From a virus, in IMG/VR virus record IMGVR_UViG_3300019487_000010, positions 1 to 44,817 of that record: a stretch of DNA of 44,817 nucleotides. One strand, given 5' to 3'. Below, piece after piece: positions 17,743-25,033 of this stretch. The notes under the pieces were generated by a model, which was given only the letters and a program-made list of their open reading frames with translations, searched no databases and had not been told where the DNA came from. Each line of letters starts with the position of its first letter. Within the stretch, counting starts at the first letter, position 1. The translations under genes were made by a program, and so were the position numbers.

Positions 17743-19439
17743 CGATGCGTCACCCTTGTCGCTGGCTTCAGCCCCGCAAAGGGATCGAAGAGCTCCTCTC
17801 GCGGAAGAGGCGCCGGCAAACCCCTCATCGGGTCGAACGACCGTCGAAGCTGGCTCGCTAGGCAGTCATACGAGTCCGCGAGCCGCTGATGGTCCTTGCA
17901 CTTCGACCAGACCCACCGCTGCTTCCCGCTCTGCGGGTTCGTGAGCAACAGCCGCTTGGGCCCGGTCATCTCCTCCTCGTACTCGCCGAAGGCGAGATCA
18001 CGCCACGCGGACGGAAGCCACGCCACGCGGTTCACGATGTCCGAGAACGCGTCGTCGAGCAACGCTGTGCGGTCTACCCGGAGCAGCCGCTCCTCCTCGT
18101 CCACGTGCGTGTCCCGAAGGTACGTGCCCTCGGCGCCCGCGAACTCGCACCGCCACACCGAGACCGCGTGCCACAGGCGGTTCACCCAGTCCCGCACCCG
18201 CTTGACCTCGGGGAGGGCGTCGACCACCATGGTGGTCACACGGTAGCGAGCGATCAAGGCGAAGAGCTCATCGTCGCTGGACAGCTTACCCGCGAACACC
18301 AGTCGGCGACGACCGGGCGGGTAGTCACTCACCCGCACATCGAGGAACGCACCCACGTCCACGCCCATCGTGCAAGGCCCGTACTCGGTCTGCCCCGACG
18401 GGAGCTCATACTCGGGCTCCACGCACCGGTCAAGGAGCTCTGCCGTGAGCATGGCCTCGCCGTGTTCGAACGGCAGCCCGAGGTCGCTGTTGGTGAACGC
18501 CTGAAGCCCCGTGAGGCTTCGGCGAAGCCGCTCATAACGGCGGTACAGGTCGCTGAGGCGGTTGGTAGGCGTCGGAAGCTTGCCCAACTGCCACCCGCTC
18601 ACCGGGCGACCCGGAAACCTCGCGCGCCACTCTCCGCGCCCCAGACGGTTGACCGGGGACCCGCACCGTGAGCAGATCGGCAGGAGGTCCCTCTCCGGGT
18701 CCCCGTCCCAAGCCTCGTCCCGACGCTCCACGGTCAGCAGCGCCCCGCGCCCGTCACGGCGCTCACGGACCACGTGGTCATACCACGTGATGTGCTGCCA
18801 GAGCTCGCACGAGTCGCACGGGACGAACCACTCCTTCCAGTCGCTCTCGTCGCACACCCAGCGTGCTATGCCCGCTCCAGCCATGGTAGGGTTGCCGCTG
18901 AGCACCGTGTGCTTCAGGTCGCTGGCGCCCAGCCGGTCATTCGCGTACTCGAGGAACACCGAGTCACACTCGTCGAGCTCGTCGACGATGACCGCGTCAG
19001 CGGGGTACTCCTTGAACGCGGAGAGCGACCCCGAGCCGACGTAACGACAGGTGCCTCGACCGAGGGCCTTCAGCCCCTTGTTGTCCGCGCCAGCCGCCGC
19101 CATAAACAGCTGACGGTACGCGGGCAGGCGGAGCGGCCGATCCACCCGGTTGGTCACGAAGACGTTCTTGAGCTCATCCTTGGGCAGGACGTAGAAGACG
19201 GCCGCTCCGTGAGCGCACAGAGCGAACTTGCGCAGGATCAGGAACTCGGTCTTGCCACTCTGCGTTCCCGTCATGATCGCTATGTCGCGGGTGTTGTCCC
19301 GGTACAGCGCCTCGAGGAAGGGCCATCGCTCGAAGTCGAGCGGCTCGCCGCGGGTCGAACGGTGCACCCTCGTGGCCAGGACCCACTGGGTGTCGACGAT
19401 CCGACGGAGCACCGCTCGTACGGTCTCAGCGGTGTACAC
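17739..19439 (-). CDS. terL: Terminase large subunit (GpA-like)
   Basis: Walker A MTGTQSGKTE, Walker B AVIVDELDE, Zn-ribbon CDSCELW...CSRCGSP, and a C-terminal nuclease-size domain. Confidence 0.85.
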   Translation of the reverse strand: MYTAETVRAVLRRIVDTQWVLATRVHRSTRGEPLDFERWPFLEALYRDNTRDIAIMTGTQSGKTEFLILRKFALCAHGAAVFYVLPKDELKNVFVTNRVDRPLRLPAYRQLFMAAAGADNKGLKALGRGTCRYVGSGSLSAFKEYPADAVIVDELDECDSVFLEYANDRLGASDLKHTVLSGNPTMAGAGIARWVCDESDWKEWFVPCDSCELWQHITWYDHVVRERRDGRGALLTVERRDEAWDGDPERDLLPICSRCGSPVNRLGRGEWRARFPGRPVSGWQLGKLPTPTNRLSDLYRRYERLRRSLTGLQAFTNSDLGLPFEHGEAMLTAELLDRCVEPEYELPSGQTEYGPCTMGVDVGAFLDVRVSDYPPGRRRLVFAGKLSSDDELFALIARYRVTTMVVDALPEVKRVRDWVNRLWHAVSVWRCEFAGAEGTYLRDTHVDEEERLLRVDRTALLDDAFSDIVNRVAWLPSAWRDLAFGEYEEEMTGPKRLLLTNPQSGKQRWVWSKCKDHQRLADSYDCLASQLRRSFDPMRGLPAPLPREELFDPFAGLKPATRVTHR

Positions 19440-19695
19440 CGAGGTGCTCCGTCTTGCCGTGCTCTCGAAAGAGCTCTCCGAGCGAGGCTATGTCCAGACC
19501 TTCCTTCGCCAAGCCCTCCGCTGACTCCGCGCACCGCAGGGCTGAGAGAGCCGTGTTCAACTCCCCTCTAGCCTCGGCTAGGCGAGCTAGTCGCTTGAAC
19601 TCCTCGGCGAGCGGCGCCGCAGGCCGCTTCGAGACACTCAGCGAGGTGAGCAAGCTCTGCACGAAGAACAGCCGTACGTCGGTGGGCTGGGTCAT
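19426..19695 (-). CDS. Hypothetical protein (89 aa)
   Basis: Coupled ORF upstream of terL. Confidence 0.45.
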   Translation of the reverse strand: MTQPTDVRLFFVQSLLTSLSVSKRPAAPLAEEFKRLARLAEARGELNTALSALRCAESAEGLAKEGLDIASLGELFREHGKTEHLGVHR

Positions 19696-20261
19696 GCGAT
19701 CAGCTTGGGGGTGAAGTCCGGGAGAAGGACCGACGCGAGCTCATCCGCGAACTCCGCATGGGCAGCCGGCTCGAGGTGCTTGTCCGCGATTCGGACCATC
19801 TGGTCCACCACCCGAAGCAAGTACAGCGGACTGACGTACCGCAACTGCTTAGCTTCGATCGACGACATCGACTCCGCGCAGGCCTTGACCGCGTCGATGA
19901 ACTGGGCCGCCGCGGCGAAGTGTCGCTGTCGTAGATCCTCCGTGGAGGAGGGCAGCCTCTCCAGGATGACCTCGAGCATGGCTCGCAGGACCGCCAACTC
20001 CTCCCGGAGGCAGAGGTAGTCGTTGCGCTGAAGCTGGGCCTCGACCTTGGCTCGCAACGAGACGCACTTAAGCCCCCCACTGAACCCTTGGCGAGCGGTC
20101 AGGACCTGCGGAGCGCCTCCATGATACCAGCACACCGTCCCACCCGCTACCGAGTAGCGGGCGCACCGTTCGCTGGTCACCCTGCTGGTAGCGGTGCACC
20201 GGGTGCGTCCTCCGTTCTTGGAAGGCGGGTACTCCGCTCCGTTGGCCTTCGGGGGGAACAT
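19692..20261 (-). CDS. Cys-rich DNA-binding-like protein, possible small terminase subunit
   Basis: First gene after the late promoter and two genes upstream of terL. It carries an N-terminal RCTATSRVTSERCARYSVAGGTVCWYHGG motif. The function is inferred from position only. Confidence 0.4.
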   Translation of the reverse strand: MFPPKANGAEYPPSKNGGRTRCTATSRVTSERCARYSVAGGTVCWYHGGAPQVLTARQGFSGGLKCVSLRAKVEAQLQRNDYLCLREELAVLRAMLEVILERLPSSTEDLRQRHFAAAAQFIDAVKACAESMSSIEAKQLRYVSPLYLLRVVDQMVRIADKHLEPAAHAEFADELASVLLPDFTPKLIA

Positions 20262-20270
20262 TGCACGCGC

Positions 20271-20299
20271 ATAATAGCAAGGAAGCTGTCACTCGTCAA
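20271..20299 (-). promoter_or_regulatory. Sigma70-like promoter TTGACG-17 nt-TATTAT with TG extension, giving a (near) leaderless late transcript
   Basis: Minus strand reads TTGACG (20299-20294), a 17-nt spacer ending in TGC, then TATTAT (20276-20271). Only 9 nt separate the -10 from the ATG at 20261. Confidence 0.6.
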
Positions 20300-20303
20300 G
20301 GGC

Positions 20304-20501
20304 TCAGTAAGAGTCCTCCGACCTGAACCGCGCTCCCCGCCGAGGGTTCACCCCGGAGCACCTGGTGACCCACCCCTCATGGTGGAGCTTGTGCGGAAGG
20401 TTGCGGCTCACCCCGCCGAGGTACCAAGGAAGAGGCGGTAGCTTGAGGAGCTTTCGCACGTGGATCATCCTCGCCCTCTCAGCGTGGATGAGCTCCTTCA
20501 T
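20304..20501 (-). CDS. Hypothetical small protein (65 aa)
   Basis: I chose the ATG at 20501, preceded by GGAGGAG. The longer track ORF runs into the palindromic element. GC3 is high. Confidence 0.4.
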   Translation of the reverse strand: MKELIHAERARMIHVRKLLKLPPLPWYLGGVSRNLPHKLHHEGWVTRCSGVNPRRGARFRSEDSY

Positions 20502-20540
20502 CGCCTCGATCTCCTCCGGACTGGGCCCCGTTTCCGGGGA

Positions 20541-20662
20541 GGCTCCCCTGTATTCAAACTGCACTTTTGTTCCCCAGCCCCTCCCCGCACCGGCGGGCAC
20601 GCGCCCGCGCCCGCGCAGGAAGCCCCTTTTGCACAAAAGTGCAGTTTGAATACAGGGGAGCC
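20541..20662. repeat. Palindromic element copy 1: 30-bp perfect terminal inverted repeats around a 62-nt GC-rich spacer
   Basis: 20541-20570 GGCTCCCCTGTATTCAAACTGCACTTTTGT is the exact reverse complement of 20633-20662. A second copy lies at 39696-39817. Confidence 0.9.
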
Positions 20663-20666
20663 AGGC

Positions 20667-21479
20667 TCAAGAAAGGCCCGCCCGATCCAACCTTCGAGTG
20701 AGCAACGCGGTAACCCCGGGCTGAGCCTGCACCTCGCTGAGCCAGTCAGCCGTGTTTCCGGCGAACACCACGGCGTGCAGTCCCGCGGCCGCCACGGTGG
20801 CCGCCCAGCCTAGGGCGCTCACCCCCCACCCCGCGCGATGACCCAGCATGTAGCCCGCGAGACCGGGCTCAACTCGTTCAAGCGGAGCGTAGACCGACCG
20901 CAGCCGCTGGCGCTCCTCGAGGAGCTGGAGGTGGAGCCAGCTGTTGCTGTGCGCCAGTCCGGCGTACCCGAGGCGAGCGAGGGCCAGCGCCAGTCGACGT
21001 GGCTCAGCCTCCCGCTTGAGGTGCACCAGGAGCGGGTAGGCGAGCACCTCCTCGAGCAAGGTCACGCCGTGACGCTTGAGCCAGCGAGCGCTCCGCTCGT
21101 GGGTGAGCGGTCCCGACGGCCACACCCGCGGGCTGTGCACCAGGACCGGGACGCTGTCCCGAGAGAGCCGCACATCGACCTCGCTCAGCCACGCGCCCTG
21201 CGCCGCTGCCGCTTCGACCGCGGCGAGGCTGTTCTCCGGGTGCGGGTGCGCTCCGCGCCACGCGATCACCCTCACGGGAGGGTGAGCCGCGTCCCGAGCG
21301 GGGCGTCGAGCGACGCCTCGTCGAGCGGGACCTCGGGGAAAGCTGACACGCTGGTCCTGCGCGCGTTCCTTGTCAGCTTCATCGGTGAGGCGCGCTGCCT
21401 CCTCGGCGTACGTCTCCTGCGTCCACCTTGAGCCGTGGGCGTCCCTACGCCCACCAAGCTTGGCCAGCTTCTTGACCAA
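20667..21479 (-). CDS. Glycerophosphodiester phosphodiesterase (GDPD)-like protein with substituted catalytic motif
   Basis: VIAWRGAHPHPENSLAAVEAAAAQGAWLSEVDVRLSRDSVPVLVHSP aligns with the GDPD signature iaHRG...ENsl.A...A...Ga..iE.Dv.lt.Dg.pVv.HD, but has W for the first His and HS for HD. The TTG start is uncertain. Confidence 0.6.
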   Translation of the reverse strand: MVKKLAKLGGRRDAHGSRWTQETYAEEAARLTDEADKERAQDQRVSFPRGPARRGVARRPARDAAHPPVRVIAWRGAHPHPENSLAAVEAAAAQGAWLSEVDVRLSRDSVPVLVHSPRVWPSGPLTHERSARWLKRHGVTLLEEVLAYPLLVHLKREAEPRRLALALARLGYAGLAHSNSWLHLQLLEERQRLRSVYAPLERVEPGLAGYMLGHRAGWGVSALGWAATVAAAGLHAVVFAGNTADWLSEVQAQPGVTALLTRRLDRAGLS

Positions 21480-21528
21480 GACCGGGTCATCGCGCGTGCC
21501 TACGTTCTCATGAGCGCCCAGGCGTCGC

Positions 21529-21918
21529 TCACCTTAGTCCCTCCTTGATCACCGCGACCGCCTCCTCAAGGGAGAGCCACCGGGTCTCGTCCTCGACACC
21601 CATGCGGTCACCGCGTATCACGACCACGCCCTTGCTCTCGGACACTAAGACCAGCCAGGCTGGGTGACCCTTCACCCAAGCTCGCATGAGCCACCGCCGC
21701 TGAAGGCCCGTGCAGAACGCGAGGCCCTCGAGGGCGGTAGGGCTCGATGAGCGGGGCCACACCTTGACTTCCGCGAGCCCGTAGCGACGAGGTCCCTCGA
21801 GGAGCCAGTCCGGCAAGCCCGCCTGGAACTTGTTGCCGTGTAGCTTGGTCACCCGCACCCGTGCCCGCTCGAGCGCGGAGCGCAGGGGCGAAGCGAGCCG
21901 TGTCTCTCGTTGCGCCAT
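21529..21918 (-). CDS. PD-(D/E)xK nuclease, VRR-NUC / resolvase-like
   Basis: GLPDWLL ... GLAEVKV gives the D ... E-x-K pattern. I chose the ATG at 21918; the upstream part of the track ORF is a Gly/Arg-rich shadow. Confidence 0.55.
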   Translation of the reverse strand: MAQRETRLASPLRSALERARVRVTKLHGNKFQAGLPDWLLEGPRRYGLAEVKVWPRSSSPTALEGLAFCTGLQRRWLMRAWVKGHPAWLVLVSESKGVVVIRGDRMGVEDETRWLSLEEAVAVIKEGLR

Positions 21919-21923
21919 CGCTC

Positions 21924-22034
21924 TCACCCGTCGTTGAGGGTCGCGTCGTACCACGCGGCCCAGATCCGCCGCTCCGCCATGTTCGCTTCCTGCTCCGCTC
22001 GCTCCGCCTCGCACAGCAGCCAGCCCGTCCGCAC
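21924..22034 (-). CDS. Possible 36-aa ORF filling the gap before the nuclease gene
   Basis: GTG at 22034 preceded by ACAGGGGC. The peptide is VRTGWLLCEAERAEQEANMAERRIWAAWYDATLNDG, and its stop lies 5 nt before the next ATG. Confidence 0.25.
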   Translation of the reverse strand: MRTGWLLCEAERAEQEANMAERRIWAAWYDATLNDG

Positions 22035-22050
22035 GAGCCCCTGTCGCTGC

Positions 22051-22452
22051 TTAGTCGTGGTGACGACGGGGGCGACGACGGGGCTGGCCAGGCACGGAGC
22101 CGTTCGGCGGCGGCGCGACCTCGGGCCGCTTTTCCGCGAGAAACGCACGCCGGAGCGCTTCGGGCAAGAGCTCAAGCCGATCCTCCTTCTTCGCCGCTGC
22201 GACTCGCTCCGCGCACGCGTGGCAGAGCCGCACGCTCAACATGCACAGGTCCCCGATGACCACGTGGGTGATCACGTAGTGCTGGGTGTGGACCCAGCAC
22301 CCGTGGCAGGCTCCCTCGGGGAGCTTCTCGGGCTGAACCCTCGTGGGCACCGTGTTCGTCATGAGCTCCCGCACAAACCGCTTGTGGTCCTCGGTCACCT
22401 CCTCGTGTTTGAGCCCCAGGATCTTGATCGCAGCTTCAGTCCACCTGCTCAT
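22051..22452 (-). CDS. Hypothetical Cys/His-rich protein (133 aa)
   Basis: ORF with CHGCW...CHAC motifs, coupled to the ligase gene. Confidence 0.5.
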   Translation of the reverse strand: MSRWTEAAIKILGLKHEEVTEDHKRFVRELMTNTVPTRVQPEKLPEGACHGCWVHTQHYVITHVVIGDLCMLSVRLCHACAERVAAAKKEDRLELLPEALRRAFLAEKRPEVAPPPNGSVPGQPRRRPRRHHD

Positions 22453-23203
22453 CGGCGAGCTCCTTGTCCTCGCGCACCCGTACGAGGCGGGGGAACCGGA
22501 GCCGCCCGCCCGCCGCGACGCTGTCGTAGGCTACCTCGACCACCATGCCCGCGCGCCAGCTCGTGAAGAGCTGAGCTCGCACCTCGTCGGTCATCCCGCT
22601 CACGTTCGCGACCACCGTGCCGTCTCGGCGAGCGCACACCAGCGAGCCGAGGGTCCCTGCGAACTTCCCCGCTGAGCCCTCCTTGACGTCCACGACCTGG
22701 AGGTCGCAGGTCCGCACGGGCTTGAGCTTGTACGTGTCGTACACGCACCGCTTGTGACGGTAGACCAGCCCCTCCCAGGCTGCGGCCTGGAGGAAGCGAA
22801 GCGCGTCTACCTCGTCGAGAGCCTTGTACGAGACCACGTGTGGAGTCTCGAGCCCGAGCCGCTTGAGCAGGAGCACGTGCTTTCTCGTGGAGAGCTCCTC
22901 CCACGGACCCTCCGGGGTCTCGAGCACCTGCCACGCGGTGAACCGCACCCGCCTCACTCCCGCCTTCAAGGCGGTCAACACCGCGGTCGCGGGCTCAGCC
23001 TCGAGCCACGCCTCGCCTAGAACGACGAACCCGGGTGGGACCCCGGGTAGGGGTCGCCTCGGGTAGCGGGTACGTTCGCCCGTGAACGAGTTCCTCCCTC
23101 GTCCCAGGGCGTCTTCCCGAGAGAGGGTCACCTGGAGCCCGTCGTACTTCCGTTCGACGAGCGTGAGCCCCGGCGGGATCAGCCCCGCCCTCCATGGCTT
23201 CAT
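22436..23203 (-). CDS. lig: ATP-dependent DNA ligase (small, T7-like)
   Basis: Motif I ERKYDGLQV (KxDG), motif IV EGLVYRHK, motif V YKLKPV. I chose the ATG at 23203, which shares its A with the upstream TGA. Confidence 0.8.
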   Translation of the reverse strand: MKPWRAGLIPPGLTLVERKYDGLQVTLSREDALGRGRNSFTGERTRYPRRPLPGVPPGFVVLGEAWLEAEPATAVLTALKAGVRRVRFTAWQVLETPEGPWEELSTRKHVLLLKRLGLETPHVVSYKALDEVDALRFLQAAAWEGLVYRHKRCVYDTYKLKPVRTCDLQVVDVKEGSAGKFAGTLGSLVCARRDGTVVANVSGMTDEVRAQLFTSWRAGMVVEVAYDSVAAGGRLRFPRLVRVREDKELADEQVD

Positions 23204-23430
23204 CAGCACCTCCAGTAGAGGGCGTCTCGCCCGCACCGCGGGCACGTTTGAGCAATGCCGCTCCCCACTCGGAGGTGAAGCCAGCCGCTGACGAGGTGAC
23301 TTACCACCTCGTCAGCGCGCATGACCCCCGGCTCGTCGGAGGGAAGCGGCACCACGATCCCGCCGCACTGGCAGGCGATCATCTCTCCAGGCGGGTAGGC
23401 GAAGGTGCGGCGAGTGAGCGGGCTCACCAC
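23203..23430 (-). CDS. Small zinc-ribbon protein (75 aa)
   Basis: CQC ... CPRC cysteine pairs; GTG start. Confidence 0.45.
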   Translation of the reverse strand: MVSPLTRRTFAYPPGEMIACQCGGIVVPLPSDEPGVMRADEVVSHLVSGWLHLRVGSGIAQTCPRCGRDALYWRC

Positions 23431-23684
23431 CCCGTCTCGGTCTCGGTCTCGAGCCAGGTGGGAACGAGGCAGGTGAGCGCCGGCCGCGGGTCCTCGCTGA
23501 ACACGTAGAAGCGGTGCTGCGAGTCGTCCTCGAGGTAAAGGCCACAGCCTCGCGAGTACTCGTCCCCGAGCTTCGGGTAGAGCGGGTAGAACCCCGGACC
23601 ACGGTCCAGCTTGAGCGTGAGCTCCGCCTCGAGTAGCTCACGCGTGGCTCGTACGAGCGACCAGTCTGGGATCGGGTACTGCAT
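23424..23684 (-). CDS. Hypothetical protein (86 aa)
   Basis: ATG at 23684 preceded by GAGGAGGAAGG, 1 nt after the upstream stop. Confidence 0.45.
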   Translation of the reverse strand: MQYPIPDWSLVRATRELLEAELTLKLDRGPGFYPLYPKLGDEYSRGCGLYLEDDSQHRFYVFSEDPRPALTCLVPTWLETETETGW

Positions 23685-23685
23685 G

Positions 23686-23988
23686 TCACCTTCCTCCTCT
23701 TTGCTTTCCGAGCGCCCGTTCGAGCTTTTTGATCTCACGGGCCATGTCCGCGAGCTTGTCCGCTAACTTAGCGGGCTTGGCTCGTTTGAGAAGCTCCCCG
23801 TACTCTCGCTCGAGCGCGTGTATCGTTCCGACGTCGCGCTCGATCTGCTGATCCAACTGCGGGATCGCCTTCTCGATAAAGGCGAGTCGACCCTTGAGGA
23901 CCTCGCGCTCGTGCACCCGCGTGAGCATGGCGCACCGTGCGGTTTGAAGGCGCTTGTAGAGCGCCTTCTTGTCGCCCTCGTAGGTCAC
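23686..23988 (-). CDS. Hypothetical coiled-coil protein (100 aa)
   Basis: GTG start 6 nt after GGAGA in the conserved leader GGAGACAGCAG. Confidence 0.5.
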   Translation of the reverse strand: MTYEGDKKALYKRLQTARCAMLTRVHEREVLKGRLAFIEKAIPQLDQQIERDVGTIHALEREYGELLKRAKPAKLADKLADMAREIKKLERALGKQRGGR

Positions 23989-24003
23989 CTGCTGTCTCCT
24001 GTC

Positions 24004-24066
24004 CGCCTACCTCGTCAGCGCGCGGAGGCGACCCGCGCGGACCCCGCCCGTAGGCGGGGTTTCGGC
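24004..24066 (-). ncRNA. Type II hammerhead ribozyme motif HH-A
   Basis: Minus strand: GCC-GAAA-CCCCGCC-UACG-GGCGGGG-U-C/CGCGCGG-GUCGCCU-CCGCGCG-CUGACGA-GGU-AGGCG. All core nucleotides are present, with a GUC cleavage triplet and a loop I / 3' tail pseudoknot. Confidence 0.8.
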
Positions 24067-24067
24067 T

Positions 24068-24511
<444 letters not shown>

Positions 24512-24534
24512 CTTTCTCGCTCCTGTCTCCGAGG

Positions 24535-24597
24535 AACCTGCCTCGTCAGCGCGCGGAGGTCACCCGCGCGGACCCCACCTGCGGGCGGGGTTTCGGC
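24535..24597 (-). ncRNA. Type II hammerhead ribozyme motif HH-B
   Basis: Minus strand: GCC-GAAA-CCCCGCC-CGCA-GGUGGGG-U-C/CGCGCGG-GUGACCU-CCGCGCG-CUGACGA-GGC-AGGUU. The core is intact, and the differences from HH-A preserve pairing. Confidence 0.8.
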
Positions 24598-24885
24598 TCA
24601 GAAGTTCAGGCAGCCCGACTTGCCGCTGCCGTACCGAACCCGGATCTGCGTGAGCCTGAACCTGAGGAGCTCCCGCTTGGAGGTGTACTGGCCGTTCACA
24701 GCCTGGAAGTCCTTGTTTTCGTCGAAGTCCCTCTGCGCAGCCTCGAGGGAAGGGTACTTTCGGCCGTACGCGGCGCGGAGCGGCTCCAGCCCGAAGAGGC
24801 TGAAGGGGAACCCCGCTAGGCGGCCCTCGTTCGCGCCCTTCGCCTGGTCATCGAAGCTCTCCTGAAACCGCTCGAGGTTGCTCAT
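24598..24885 (-). CDS. Hypothetical protein (95 aa; possibly N-terminally longer, up to 24987)
   Basis: ATG at 24885 preceded by AGGAGAACC. The track ORF extends through a Pro/Ala-rich stretch from a GTG at 24987. Confidence 0.5.
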   Translation of the reverse strand: MSNLERFQESFDDQAKGANEGRLAGFPFSLFGLEPLRAAYGRKYPSLEAAQRDFDENKDFQAVNGQYTSKRELLRFRLTQIRVRYGSGKSGCLNF

Positions 24886-24904
24886 CTGGAGGTTCTCCTG
24901 TGCT

Positions 24905-25012
24905 TTAGACCCGGAGGGCGGCGCGAGCGAGGCGGCGGGCGCGGCGACGGTCGCCGCGGCGGGTGGCGGGGTCGTGGGTGTGACCACGGGGGTCGTGGCC
25001 GTAGAAGCGCAT
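24905..25012 (-). CDS. Possible 35-aa Arg-rich leader ORF directly after HH-C
   Basis: ATG at 25012 preceded by the conserved AAGGAGACAGCAG leader. The peptide is MRFYGHDPRGHTHDPATRRGDRRRARRLARAALRV, ending at TAA 24907-24905. It could equally be an off-frame artefact. Confidence 0.2.
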   Translation of the reverse strand: MRFYGHDPRGHTHDPATRRGDRRRARRLARAALRV

Positions 25013-25033
25013 TTTCTGCTGTCTCCTTCTGTC

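Noticed and set aside
20541-20662. Whether the two palindromic elements (here and at 39696-39817) are a mini-CRISPR array or solitary CRISPR repeats
   Set aside because: The repeated arms are inverted, not direct. There are only two loci 19 kb apart, there is no leader or cas gene, and I could not match the arm to any CRISPR repeat family I know. A repeat-mimic (anti-CRISPR RNA) role cannot be excluded without the host array sequence, but nothing in the window supports it.
23287-23316. 12-bp inverted repeat GCTGACGAGGTG-ACTTAC-CACCTCGTCAGC that shares CCTCGTCAGCGCGC with the hammerhead repeats
   Set aside because: It lies inside the 75-aa zinc-ribbon ORF and lacks the GAAA / stem III / GUC half of the ribozyme. 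At most it is a relic or a chance similarity, not a fourth hammerhead.
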